Assembly (NCBI GenBank): GCA_963796285.1
Contig: CAWCKW010000012.1
Location: forward strand, 480,001-544,000
Direction: 5' to 3'
From: Nitrospirota bacterium
GTDB lineage: Bacteria > Nitrospirota > UBA9217
DNA length: 64,000 nt
The notes beneath the pieces are model-generated. The model saw nothing but the letters and a program-made list of their open reading frames with translations, had not been told where the DNA came from and did not search any database. The position numbers and the translations under genes were made by a program. Positions 35,793-45,939 of this stretch are shown here, in pieces. Position 1 is the stretch's first letter. Each line of letters opens with the position of its first letter.

Positions 35793-36680
35793 CTACCGCT
35801 TCCTCGCCTTCGGGTGCGCCTTGTCATATACCTCCATCAGCGAGTCGAGGTTCACGTGCGTGTATCGCTGGGTCGTCGATAGGCTCGCGTGGCCGAGAAG
35901 CTCCTGGATGGCCCGCAGGTCCGCACCGGACTCAAGCAAGTGAGTGGCAAAGCTGTGCCGGAGCGTGTGCGGGCTCGCTTTTTGCTGCAGTCCCAGCTGT
36001 TTTCTATGGTTTTCTAAAATACGCTGAACCGTACGTGCTGTCAAGCGTTTTCCTGACGGCCCGAGGAAGACCGCGGCTTCATCAGAGGTCCCGTCCAGAC
36101 GGCCTAGATACGCATCGATCGCTTCCAGGGCCTTGGTCCCGATCGGCACGATCCGTTCCTTGCGGCCTTTACCCCGGATGCGGATGAGGCTGTCATGTCG
36201 GTCGATATCCTCCCGGTTCATGCCGATGAGTTCGCTCGCGCGGATGCCGGTGGAGTAGAGGGTTTCAAGTACGGCGCGGTCTCTCAGCATGGCGTCTTGG
36301 TCCGCGGGCTTCTTTGCCTTCGGCGATTCCATGAGTCGTATCGCGTCGTCGGCCGTCAGCACGGCGGGAAGGCGCTGTTCGCGGCGCGGTGTGGCGACCA
36401 GCCGGGCCGGATTGCTCGTGAGTATTCCCTCGCGGTTCAGATACCTGAAGAACGTTCGGATGGCGGAGAGTTTCCTGGCAATGGATGATTTTTTTACATC
36501 GACCTGCATGAGGTGGGCAATGAACCGCCGAAGCGTTTGATGGTCCACCGCGGACAGATCTTTATCGCCGAGAAAGGCGGAGAGCTGTTCCAGATCGGAA
36601 TGATAGCTCCGCACGGTGTGAGGAGAAACGTTTCGCTCATTTCTGAGGTAGGTGAGAAAGTCAAAAATGTGCTTCTGCAT
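35793..36680 (-). CDS. xerC: Tyrosine recombinase XerC
   Basis: LYSTGIRASEL, GKGRKER, HTLRHSFATHLL, LLGHASLSTTQRYT; upstream of hslV. Confidence 0.92.
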   Translation of the reverse strand: MQKHIFDFLTYLRNERNVSPHTVRSYHSDLEQLSAFLGDKDLSAVDHQTLRRFIAHLMQVDVKKSSIARKLSAIRTFFRYLNREGILTSNPARLVATPRREQRLPAVLTADDAIRLMESPKAKKPADQDAMLRDRAVLETLYSTGIRASELIGMNREDIDRHDSLIRIRGKGRKERIVPIGTKALEAIDAYLGRLDGTSDEAAVFLGPSGKRLTARTVQRILENHRKQLGLQQKASPHTLRHSFATHLLESGADLRAIQELLGHASLSTTQRYTHVNLDSLMEVYDKAHPKARKR

Positions 36681-36803
36681 GAAGATACTTTAGCGTAACA
36701 GGAGTGAATTTGCAAGGGCAGAGGGAAATGAAAAAGAGAAACTACTTGGCTTGGCCGCAAGAGAACGCAAAGAACTCAAAGAAACAACCCGAAACTCGAA
36801 TTT

Positions 36804-39491
36804 CTATTTTAAATCGTTCTGCGTTCCTTGCGCTCTTTTGCGGCTAACGGATTTTGATCTGGGTAGTTTCTGTTTGTCCGATTGAGATTTTGCTGGAGAG
36901 CCGGAGGCCGGCGATGCCTTTTTCCTCGAAGGCTTCTTGGCCGCCTTTTTGGACGGCGTTCGTTTTTTTCGCCCGGCACCGTTGCCCGCGTTTTCGCGAC
37001 GTATCGCCAGCAGTTCATAAGCGCGTTCAGGTATCATTTCTTCGAGGCGGTCGCTCCGCGTGAGGCTTGCATTGGTTTCCCCATCAGTGACATATACGCC
37101 GAACTTGCCCTCTTTGGCCAGGACCGGTTTGCTGCTCACCGGGTCATTGCCGAACTCGCGCAGCGGAGGCCTTGGTGCAGCGCGCCGTCCGAACTGGCGC
37201 GGCGTTGAAAGCAGCGCAAGGGCCTGTTCGACGGTAATATCGAAGATCTGTTCTTCGCTGGCGAGCGTGCGACTTTCTTTGCCCTTGGTGATATAGGGGC
37301 CATAGCGGCCATTTTGTGCGGTGATCGCCAGGCCATCAGCCGGATCAACGCCCACCACACGCGGCAGCGATAGCAGCCGCGCAGCGTCCGGGAGAGTGAT
37401 GCGAGCCGGATCCATGGTCTTGAACAATGACACCATCCTCGGTTTGTCAAGCCCGGGCGGGGGAGCATCAACAGTGCCCCATTGTACGTACGCGCCGTAG
37501 CGGCCGCTCTTGATAAACAGAGGCAGACCGTCGATTTCGCCGATCGCTTCGGTCCCCTTTGGCGCAGCGAGCAGTTTCAGCGCCGCGTCCAGTGTCAGTT
37601 CATCGGGCGTCATGGTATCGGGAACGCTGGCCGTCTCTTCACCGCGGCGAACGTAGGGCCCGAATTTCCCGGGCTTAACCACGACTTCAAGTCCGGTTTC
37701 CGGATCAATGCCGACGGGGAAGGTGTTGATTGTCGAGGCATCGATCTCGTCCAGGTTGATTGCAACGCGTTGCTTGAGACCTACGAGGCCCTGGTCATTG
37801 CCGAAATAAAAATCAGCGAGCCACTGTTCCTTCTTTTGCAATCCCTGCGCGATCGCATCGAGATCTTCTTCCGTGTTCGCGGTAAAACTGTAGTCGACAA
37901 GACCGGAGAAGTGCTTCACCAGCAGATTAATGACGGAGAATGCAACCCAGTTGGGTACGAGCGCCTGGCCTTTCTTCCACACATAACCGCGATTGACGAT
38001 CGTTTGCATGATGGATGCCCAGGTTGAGGGACGGCCAATACCCAGTTCCTCAAGTTTTTTGATGAGTGAAGCTTCGGTGTACCGCGCGGGCGGCTGCGTG
38101 ACGTGTCCACTCGGTGTGACGTTCGCAATGTCGATCTTGTCACCAACAGCAAGCTTCGGCAGCAGCGCTTCACGCTTGCTGTTCTCGGTATCGTCATCGG
38201 TGGATTCCTCGTACACCTGCCGGTAGCCTGCAAAGGCGATCGTCGTGCCGCTCGCAGTGAATTCGCAGTCAGTTCCCTGGCTCAGTGCGCCCAGACGTAT
38301 GCTGACGGTGGTGCCGTTCGCGTCGGCCATCTGCGACGCGAGCGTGCGTTGCCAGATCAGCTCATACAGGGCAAGCTCCTGGGGGTTGAGATCACTCTTG
38401 AGTTCACGCGGCGACCGCATCGGCGTGCTCGGACGGATCGCTTCATGAGCTTCCTGGGCATTTTTCACTTTCGATGAGTAGCTGCGAGGGGTCGGAGCGA
38501 GGTACTGCTGACCGTATAACTTTCCCACTTCTGCGCGGATCTCTGCAAGCGCCTCATCGGAGATTACGACATTGTCCGTCCGCATATAGGTGATGAAACC
38601 GCGTTCATATAAACCCTGCGCGACGCGCATGACCTGTGCTGCGGACAGACGCAATTTCCGGCCGCCTTCCTGCTGGAGGGTTGACGTCATGAACGGCGCC
38701 TTTGGCGAAGAGCGGTAGGGTTTTTCCTCGACACTGCGTACCGTGAGATGCGTTTTATCAAGGCCGGCTGCCAGCGCCATGGCCCGGGTCTTGTCGAGGA
38801 CGATGACCTTGTCGCCGGCACGACCCGTGCTGTCAAAATCCTTGCCCGTTGCGACTTTGGTGCCGTCGAGAGTGACGAGAACGGCCATAAACGGAGGTGT
38901 CGTCGCAGTCACGACTTCGATGCCCCAGTATCCGGCAGCGACATGAGCGATGCGTTCCTGTTCTCGTTCCACCACGAGACGAAGCGCCGGGCTCTGGACC
39001 CGGCCGGCAGACAGACCGCGATTTACGCGTCGCCACAGCACCGGAGACACCTCGTATCCAAAGAGCCGATCCAGGATCCGGCGCGTCTCAGCAGCATCAA
39101 CCAGCCCGCGATCGATGCCGCGCGGATTGGCGACCGCGTGTTCGATCGCCGATTTGGTGATTTCGTGGAACACCATGCGCCGCACCGGTATCTTCGGTTT
39201 CAGGTGTTCTACAAGGTGCCACGAGATCGCTTCACCCTCGCGGTCTTCGTCGGTCGCGAGATACAGGGCGCTTGCGCTTTTCATCGCTGCCCGGAGTTCT
39301 CGCACCACTTGTGTGCCGCGTTCAGTGAGCTCATAGGTGGGTTTAAATCCATGGTCGACATCAACCGCGAGCCCTTTGCTCGGGAGGTCTGCAATATGGC
39401 CGACAGAGGCGCGCACATCAAAGCCATCGCCGAGGTATTTGGCGATGGTTTTTGCCTTTGCCGGTGATTCAACAATGACGAGGGATTTCAT
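36804..39491 (-). CDS. topA: DNA topoisomerase I, Zn-ribbon-free C-terminal-repeat type
   Basis: LVIVESPAKAK, ATDEDREGE, SAGRVQS, catalytic ITYMRTD; four G[RK][YF]G.Y repeats; Lys-rich tail. Confidence 0.97.
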   Translation of the reverse strand: MKSLVIVESPAKAKTIAKYLGDGFDVRASVGHIADLPSKGLAVDVDHGFKPTYELTERGTQVVRELRAAMKSASALYLATDEDREGEAISWHLVEHLKPKIPVRRMVFHEITKSAIEHAVANPRGIDRGLVDAAETRRILDRLFGYEVSPVLWRRVNRGLSAGRVQSPALRLVVEREQERIAHVAAGYWGIEVVTATTPPFMAVLVTLDGTKVATGKDFDSTGRAGDKVIVLDKTRAMALAAGLDKTHLTVRSVEEKPYRSSPKAPFMTSTLQQEGGRKLRLSAAQVMRVAQGLYERGFITYMRTDNVVISDEALAEIRAEVGKLYGQQYLAPTPRSYSSKVKNAQEAHEAIRPSTPMRSPRELKSDLNPQELALYELIWQRTLASQMADANGTTVSIRLGALSQGTDCEFTASGTTIAFAGYRQVYEESTDDDTENSKREALLPKLAVGDKIDIANVTPSGHVTQPPARYTEASLIKKLEELGIGRPSTWASIMQTIVNRGYVWKKGQALVPNWVAFSVINLLVKHFSGLVDYSFTANTEEDLDAIAQGLQKKEQWLADFYFGNDQGLVGLKQRVAINLDEIDASTINTFPVGIDPETGLEVVVKPGKFGPYVRRGEETASVPDTMTPDELTLDAALKLLAAPKGTEAIGEIDGLPLFIKSGRYGAYVQWGTVDAPPPGLDKPRMVSLFKTMDPARITLPDAARLLSLPRVVGVDPADGLAITAQNGRYGPYITKGKESRTLASEEQIFDITVEQALALLSTPRQFGRRAAPRPPLREFGNDPVSSKPVLAKEGKFGVYVTDGETNASLTRSDRLEEMIPERAYELLAIRRENAGNGAGRKKRTPSKKAAKKPSRKKASPASGSPAKSQSDKQKLPRSKSVSRKRAQGTQNDLK

Positions 39492-39593
39492 TAAGCAATG
39501 CCTTCTTACCACAGAAGTCACGGAGAATAAATGCAGAGTTAAAAAGGACGAGTCACATTCGGTAATCTCCGTGAACTCTGTGGTGGATCAGTT

Positions 39594-40069
39594 CTAATTC
39601 CACGCGGTCTTTTTTGTCCGCCGGACACCCACGGACGCGCTGTGCTCCCGGTCAGGAGGAGAGATGAAGAGGATATAGGCTATCAGGTTCTTGATATCGC
39701 AAGTTCTATCCGTTCAGTATATGTGGTCATGGCCTTTTCCAGCAGTTCTTCCCGCTGGTCCTCGGCAATGATGCCGAGATGGGTGAGCTTCGAGACAAAA
39801 CCAAAGGCGTCAATGGTAAATCGTTCGCGTTCTTCCCGGTTCATCGACCTCATCCTGACCGACGAAGCTTTCGGTTTTGTTGTGAAGAAGCTCTCGGATT
39901 GTTTCTGAACAAGGGTCTGCATCAGGGTGAGCGCGGCGTCAGCCTCCTGAAGACGGAAACCGCTGTTCAGCAGGGCCTGCATGATCTTGCCTTCGTCATC
40001 GAACAGGTCCTGTTTGTTCCGGACCTGGTCCGCAATAAGCGAAAAGAGGTCCATCATTTGTTCGTCCAC
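39594..40069 (-). CDS. Smg/DUF494 family protein, frameshift near C-terminus
   Basis: LLNSGF.LQEADAAL, RSMNREERERF..DAFGFV.KL..LGII...QREELLEK; between dprA and topA. Confidence 0.75.
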
Positions 40070-40155
40070 TTGATCTCCTGTTTATGCCACAAAGACTCGA
40101 AGATACTAAGAAAAGACTTGTCTTTCTTCGCGCCGTGGTGACTGAGCGTCAATAC

Positions 40156-41263
40156 TTATGATTCTTCTCTTACAAAATACTTCCCCGGGAGCTGTTTCGC
40201 AAGTCCTTTCAGCTCCAGGCTGATCAGTACTCCGCTGAGCTTTCCGGCATGAGCACGGCTTTCATTCATGATGATGTCAATGTGCTTCGGTTCGTTCGTA
40301 ATGCAGCAAAGCACCGTCGTTTCCTCCGGGGTGAGCGAGGGCAGGGGTCGCGCCGGAGGCGCCTGTCCTTTGGCCTGCTTTTGCATCCCAAGGTCCCGCA
40401 GGATATCGTCTACGCCTTCTACCAGGGTCGCGCCCTGCTTGATAAGGCTGTTCGTGCCTTTGCTTGTCGATGAACCGATGTTTCCTGGGACGGCATAGAG
40501 CTTGCGGCCCTGTTCGAGCGCGTACTTCGCGGTGATGAGCGAGCCGCTGTCCTCGGCAGCCTCGATGATCACGGTCCCCCGCGAGAGTCCGCTGATGATC
40601 CGGTTCCTCGAAGGGAAGTAGCCGGATTCGGGTTGCGTGCCGAAGGGATTTTCGGTCATCACAGCCCCGCCCACGGCTGATCTCTTCCATCAGTCCCTTG
40701 TTCTCGGGCGGATACGCCACGTCGATGCCGCACCCGAGCACCGCGATGGTCCTGCCTTGTGCCGCGAGAGCGCCACGATGCGCCTGGGTGTCGATACCCC
40801 GCGCCATTCCGCTGACGATGGTAAAACCCGCGGAGGAAAGCTCCGACGCGATCCGGCGAGTTACGGTTATCCCGTAGTGAGTGGGCTTGCGAGTGCCCAC
40901 GATCGCGATCGCGTTCCCGTCATCGAACTGCAGCGCGCCTTTCACATACAGGTAGACCGGTGCATCGGGCGTGTTCCTGAGTTGTTCGGGATACGCGGGG
41001 CTATCAGCGGTGACTATCATAACGTTCGCTTCAGCCGCTTTTGCGATCTCCCGCATCGCATGCTCCTGCCAGGGAAAGGAACCGATTGCCGCGGCAATTT
41101 TGTCGGACAACCCACCGATCTTCCTGAGATCATCGGGGGAAGCGAAGAGCGCCCGCTCCGGTGAACCGAACAGAGTGACGAGTTTCCTGAACGTAACGCG
41201 TCCGATTCCCGGAATGCTGCTGAGGCCTATCCAATAGAGATCCGGAGCAGTAGTGTTTTGCAT
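40156..41263 (-). CDS. dprA: DNA-processing protein DprA, frameshift ~40670
   Basis: AIVGTRKPT.YG, IVSGMARGIDTQAH, FPSRNRIISGLS, SGSLITA, C-terminal winged helix. Confidence 0.95.
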
Positions 41264-41306
41264 AAGGCTGTCCGTGTGCAGGCTCTTTCCGCCTTTAAGG
41301 TTAGGA

Positions 41307-41334
41307 ATTATACAGGCTCGGAGAAGATAGTCAA
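41307..41334 (-). promoter_or_regulatory. Sigma70 promoter of dprA operon
   Basis: TTGACT-16-TATAAT on minus strand. Confidence 0.6.
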
Positions 41335-41456
41335 GTATATTTTTGCGGTCTGTCCTTGAGTGTGCTATGCTAAAACAGAATGCGCGGCAATTTATGATGA
41401 AGCCCTGATCGATGCCAGTGGGTCGCATGGTCGTCCTTGGTAAAAGGGGAGAGGGT

Positions 41457-42063
41457 ATGCAGCATGAGCTTAAAGCGGTCCTCTTTGATTTCGGTGGAGT
41501 GATCGCAGAAGAGGGATTTTGGGAAGGTATTCAGACCATCGGGAAGGAGCATGGGCTCGATCCTGATGCGTTCTTCCGGATGATCGATGCGCTCATTTAT
41601 GAGACTGGGTATCTCACCGGCAAAGCGGATGAAGCCGAGTTCTGGAACGAGGTCAGGAAGAATACCGGCATCAGCTGCACTGACACCGAGCTCAGGACGC
41701 GAGATCCTGAAACGGTTCGTTCTCAGGCCGGATATGATCGCCTCGGTGGACCTTCTGAGGTCAACGGGGCTCATTATTGCAATGCTGAGCGACCAGACGA
41801 ACTGGCTTGAGGAGATAGACAAGGCTACCGGTCTCTTCAGGCACTTTGACCGCGTCTTCAATTCGTTCAGGACCCACAAGAGCAAACGTGATGCGTCGGT
41901 CTTCAGGGAGGTATGCGCGGAACTTGGTGTCAAGAGGGAAGAAACGCTTTTTATCGATGACAATATCGATCACATTAAGCGGGCGCAGGGGCAGGGGATG
42001 AAGACGATTCATTTTACGGGCATAGATGAATACAAACAGCAGATCAGGAATCTCATCGATTGA
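41457..42063 (+). CDS. HAD family phosphatase, frameshift ~41697
   Basis: VLFDFGGVI, LSDQT, LFIDDNIDHI. Confidence 0.88.
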
Positions 42064-42075
42064 GAATGAGACAGT

Positions 42076-42171
42076 ATCACGAATGACACAAATGGGACGA
42101 ATTACACTAATGAGACCGGAAGCATGTATTTTCTAATTCGTGACATTCGGATCATTTGTGTAATTCGTGTT
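42076..42171. repeat. Inverted 9-mer tandem-repeat hairpin, second sequence family
   Basis: ATCACGAAT GACACAAAT GGGACGAAT TACACTAAT ... ATTCGTGAC ATTCGGATC ATTTGTGTA ATTCGTGTT. Confidence 0.85.
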
Positions 42172-42196
42172 AATGTTTTGGTTCAGATTTAGAGGG

Positions 42197-42769
42197 TCAA
42201 GATGAGGGGGAATTTCTAGATGAAAGTTCCAATGCATTCCTCGCCAGCTCAACCAGGCCAAAGACCTTCAGATCCACAAGCGTGCCGTTCGTCTGCGCGG
42301 TATGGAGAAACTCCTGTACCTTCTGGATCGGGACCTCGGTCACCTCGATGATTTCGTTGTCGTCGCCGCCGTTCTTGCCCACGTGCTTGAGATCCGTACA
42401 CAGATAGGCCCGGAGCGCTTCGGTCGAGGCGCCTGTCGAGATCGGACCTTCGGCAAGAAATGCTATTTTCCCCGCTGACCAGCCGGTTTCCTCGATTAGT
42501 TCACGCTTCGCGGCGGCCTCCATGGACTCGCCTGGATCAACGAGCCCCGCGGGGAGTTCAATGACATCCCGACCCATCGGCGGCCGGAACTGCTTTTCAA
42601 GAATAACGTTGCCCGAAGGTGTAACAGCGACCATGACCACGATGCCGTCGATGCCCACACGCTCGAGGGCCTCCCAGGTGCGCACCACTCCCCGGGCATC
42701 GCGGTAGGTGATCTCCACCGCGCTCATGAAATTACCCTTCCAGACGGTTTTTTTGCTGATGATTTCCAT
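42197..42769 (-). CDS. NUDIX hydrolase, ADP-ribose pyrophosphatase-like
   Basis: QFRPP, IELPAGLVDPGE...AAKRELIEETG. Confidence 0.92.
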   Translation of the reverse strand: MEIISKKTVWKGNFMSAVEITYRDARGVVRTWEALERVGIDGIVVMVAVTPSGNVILEKQFRPPMGRDVIELPAGLVDPGESMEAAAKRELIEETGWSAGKIAFLAEGPISTGASTEALRAYLCTDLKHVGKNGGDDNEIIEVTEVPIQKVQEFLHTAQTNGTLVDLKVFGLVELARNALELSSRNSPSS

Positions 42770-42876
42770 GGTTAAGGAACAGGAGGCAGTAGGCAGGAGC
42801 CAGTATTGAGAATAAATTCAGACGAATGATTCTTTTTTATCTGACTTCTGTCTTCTGGCTTCTGAATTCTGGTGAC

Positions 42877-43488
42877 TCACAGCCACTTCGTCAAATCCAG
42901 TGTCAACGCCGCGGGAATGATGGTGTCAACTTCGCGGAGCCGTTTGCGGCCGGCTTTTACGAACATGGCCTTCTGCAATTTCTTTTCTTCCGCATAATGA
43001 TCAAAGATGGGGAAATCGGCTTCGGGAATGTCCTTGCTGAAAAGCCCGCAGCCTTCGAGCCGCACGGCGCGGCGCGGTCCGCGGATGGTCGGCCCGAAGA
43101 TCCGGCAGATGTGCGGCCGCTGGTCATAGATCATGCATGAACCGTTCTCGAGCGCCGGGCAGGACATCTTTGCCGATCTGCGGGAGATCGAGTCGATGGC
43201 CGGCAGGGTCTTGAGCAGCGGGTCCTTGCGTGAAAAAGCCTTCTTCTTTTCAAGGATATCAAGCTGCTCATTGGCCTTAGCGAGGACCCGTTCCCTGACA
43301 GGAGAGGGGACCTGTTTCAGCGCATTGCGGATATAGATCGCGTCAAGGAGCGTGATGTCAAAGAACCCGACCGAACAGCATTCATGGCATCCCTGTTTGC
43401 ATCCGACACCATGTTTAGAAGCGGCCTTGGAATAAACGGTCTTGGATCGTTCGAGGAACAGAGCATACTTCTTGATTATTCGGTTCAT
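42877..43488 (-). CDS. YkgJ family cysteine-cluster protein
   Basis: CKQGCHECC, CPALENGSCMIYDQRPHICR. Confidence 0.88.
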   Translation of the reverse strand: MNRIIKKYALFLERSKTVYSKAASKHGVGCKQGCHECCSVGFFDITLLDAIYIRNALKQVPSPVRERVLAKANEQLDILEKKKAFSRKDPLLKTLPAIDSISRRSAKMSCPALENGSCMIYDQRPHICRIFGPTIRGPRRAVRLEGCGLFSKDIPEADFPIFDHYAEEKKLQKAMFVKAGRKRLREVDTIIPAALTLDLTKWL

Positions 43489-43520
43489 TACACCATACCT
43501 TTCCTGATTGAGTGGCCTGG

Positions 43521-43550
43521 ATTATACGGGTTTGGCAGGCTGTTTGTCAA
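43521..43550 (-). promoter_or_regulatory. Sigma70 promoter
   Basis: TTGACA-18-TATAAT on minus strand. Confidence 0.7.
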
Positions 43551-43914
43551 TATGAAGCATCAGGATGGGATCCTTGTAACGGCGGAACGGCCGTAGTGAG
43601 ATGTGGTCTTCGACGGGATAAATTGGAAATGATAATCACTCAGGAATCATTGAAAGAGGAAAAAAAATCGAGGACAATTTAATCGTTCTACCGCAAAGGG
43701 CGCAAAGGGAGGCGAGGCATATGCTCTTCTTTAACCTTCGCGTTCAGCGCGGCTTTGCGCGAAAAGAATTATTCCGTATGGTTTGACCTGTGCTGTCGCA
43801 AATAAACGGGCACTGAAATGAACTCCGTGCAGGTTGTAAATGGTGGTGCTGTCCAGCGCTTGCCGCTCTGGCACTCTTCCGCGTATTTGACGGACACGGG
43901 GCCATATTCCGACG

Positions 43915-44475
43915 TTACCGTCCATTGCCGCGGGCACCGCGGATCATTCGGCGCATCTCGCGCATGAACTCCTGCTGGAAAATGACGTACCGCCCTTGTT
44001 GTTCTATGGTGAGGATTTTTTTCAGGCCGCTCATTTCTTTATACTTCAGATCTTGCATGGCGCGGTAGTTTTTTTCAAGTTTATCGAGATCGCTCTTGAT
44101 ACGGGACTCTTCAATTTTCGGAGATATGAGAGATTGCTGCAGCATTATCAGTGTTCCCGCTTGTTCGCGTTGGATCGCCCTGCGTTGCTGATCCAGGGAG
44201 CTGAGAAGCGATGACAGCCTTGCGCCGGTGTTGGCGTCGAGCTTCAGTGTTTCGGTGAGGCGCCATATCCTGACGGTCTCTATCTTTCTTCTTATTTCTG
44301 CGCGCCTTTCATCCGATAATGGTTCGCCCCGTCCTGGCCGGCCCAAATTCTCAACACCCCTGTTGTCATTATACTGACTGTTGGTTTGCATTGACGCAGG
44401 ACCCTGCTGTCCAAAAGCGGTCATGGTGATCGTCGTAAGCATCAAGACCATGGATACGATGCAAAATCCTTTCAT
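43915..44475 (-). CDS. Spy/CpxP-like periplasmic protein
   Basis: Signal peptide, helical, ILTIEQQ (LTxxQ) motif; third gene of ECF operon. Confidence 0.75.
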   Translation of the reverse strand: MKGFCIVSMVLMLTTITMTAFGQQGPASMQTNSQYNDNRGVENLGRPGRGEPLSDERRAEIRRKIETVRIWRLTETLKLDANTGARLSSLLSSLDQQRRAIQREQAGTLIMLQQSLISPKIEESRIKSDLDKLEKNYRAMQDLKYKEMSGLKKILTIEQQGRYVIFQQEFMREMRRMIRGARGNGR

Positions 44476-44477
44476 GG

Positions 44478-45099
44478 TTAGCCCTCCTTCATCCTTTGAT
44501 CGATCTTTTGCATAAGTTGTTCAGATTCCCGTTTATTCAATTCCGGAAGCTCATCATACACATCGCTGTCCTGGCCGTTTCCAAGGACTTGTTCGGTCTC
44601 ATGGGCGATGGAGGCGAGTTCAGTTCCGGCCCAGGCATCGATCGTGGCGAGTTCGTCACGGTCGAGTTCACCAACATTCACCTGTTCGGCAGGCATGACC
44701 TCCTCGGCGAATTCAAATTCCTGCGCTGGAGGCATCTCCGGTTCTTTTCTGCCCGGGCCTGATGATGAGCCATGAGATGACAGAACGGTCGCTACTGATG
44801 CTGCTGCCCATGCCCAACGGGGAAGGGCTATCCGGTCCAGAAGCCAGGCGAGGTCGAAGGTTTTCTGTTCCGATTGCTGCGTCTGAACAGCACTGGTATA
44901 CCCGACCCGGCATCGCGGCCCAGAACGCTTCACCGGGATCAGGCACAGCCTCTTCTGCCATCATCCGCAGGAGGGACAGCTCATTGCGGCAGTCCTCACA
45001 GGACGCGAGATGGTTCTCGATCATGAGCATCTCCGTCCGGTCAAGCGCCTGCTCCCGGTAGGCGGGAAGCAATTCTTTTATGGTTGTGTCTTTGCACAT
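44478..45099 (-). CDS. zf-HC2 anti-sigma factor, frameshifted
   Basis: MC...ELLPAY...HLASCEDC, PDPGEAFW, one TM helix. Confidence 0.85.
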
Positions 45100-45673
45100 G
45101 GCGGTTTTCCGATCCCTGTCTCCTGGCTACGGTGTGTTGTCGGTGTTCTTTACCCATCATTGTTTTCAGCTTTTGCACCCCGTGATGGTAATTCGCCTTG
45201 GCCGTGCCGAGCGAGCATTGCATGATCTCCGCGATCTCCTCGAATTTACGGCCTTCCTGTATCCTGAGCATGACCGTCATGCGCTGTTTTTCCGGAAGCC
45301 CCGCGAGCGCCTGCCGGAGCAGGAGCCTGCTCTCTTTCTGGATGAGGCCTTCGAGCGTGCGGGGGTCCCGTCTGATGACCACGTCATCGATCGGGACATG
45401 CTCGGCTTTTGACCGGTCGCGGTAGACGTTCTTGGCAAGGTTGATCGCGATCTGGTAGAGCCAGGTCTTGAAGCTCGAACGCCGCTCGAAAGAGCCGAGT
45501 CCGGTAAAGGCCTTAACAAAGGTTTTTTGCAGCAGGTCCGATGCGTCTTCATGGTTGCTGACCATGCGATAGAGCAGGTAGTAGAGCGGTTTCTGATACT
45601 TTATCACCAGCTCATTGAACGCTTCGCGCTCGCCTGCTGTGGTTCTGTTGATAAGGTCAAGGTCTTCGTCCAT
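45041..45673 (-). CDS. ECF RNA polymerase sigma factor
   Basis: AFNELVIKYQ, FKTWLYQIAIN, EEIAEIMQCSLGTAKANYH. Confidence 0.93.
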   Translation of the reverse strand: MDEDLDLINRTTAGEREAFNELVIKYQKPLYYLLYRMVSNHEDASDLLQKTFVKAFTGLGSFERRSSFKTWLYQIAINLAKNVYRDRSKAEHVPIDDVVIRRDPRTLEGLIQKESRLLLRQALAGLPEKQRMTVMLRIQEGRKFEEIAEIMQCSLGTAKANYHHGVQKLKTMMGKEHRQHTVARRQGSENRHVQRHNHKRIASRLPGAGA

Positions 45674-45695
45674 AGGCGCGCTGTGTTCTGGTTAG

Positions 45696-45724
45696 TGAGA
45701 CCCCGACTTGGGGGAAAAGGTTAA
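45696..45724 (-). promoter_or_regulatory. Possible autoregulatory ECF promoter
   Basis: TAAC-18-GTCTCA on minus strand, 22 bp before the sigma start. Confidence 0.4.
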
Positions 45725-45939
45725 TAGAGACGAAATCAAAGAAGACCGGTTTCCTTCAAGTGCGAATGGGCAACGAGTGGGCTGACTGTGGCCACCACCA
45801 AAGATAATACACGTTGACACGGCAAATGCTGAGAAAGGCAATGATACCAGTCGAATAAATCAAGTCGTTGTAAGAAGTTCAGGATTTTCTTTGCGCACGT
45901 CGTGTCTTTGAGAATGATGACATTCGTCCTTGTGCAGTT

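Noticed and set aside
35793-36680. Phage or island integrase
   Set aside because: Size, motifs and position before hslVU fit chromosomal XerC.
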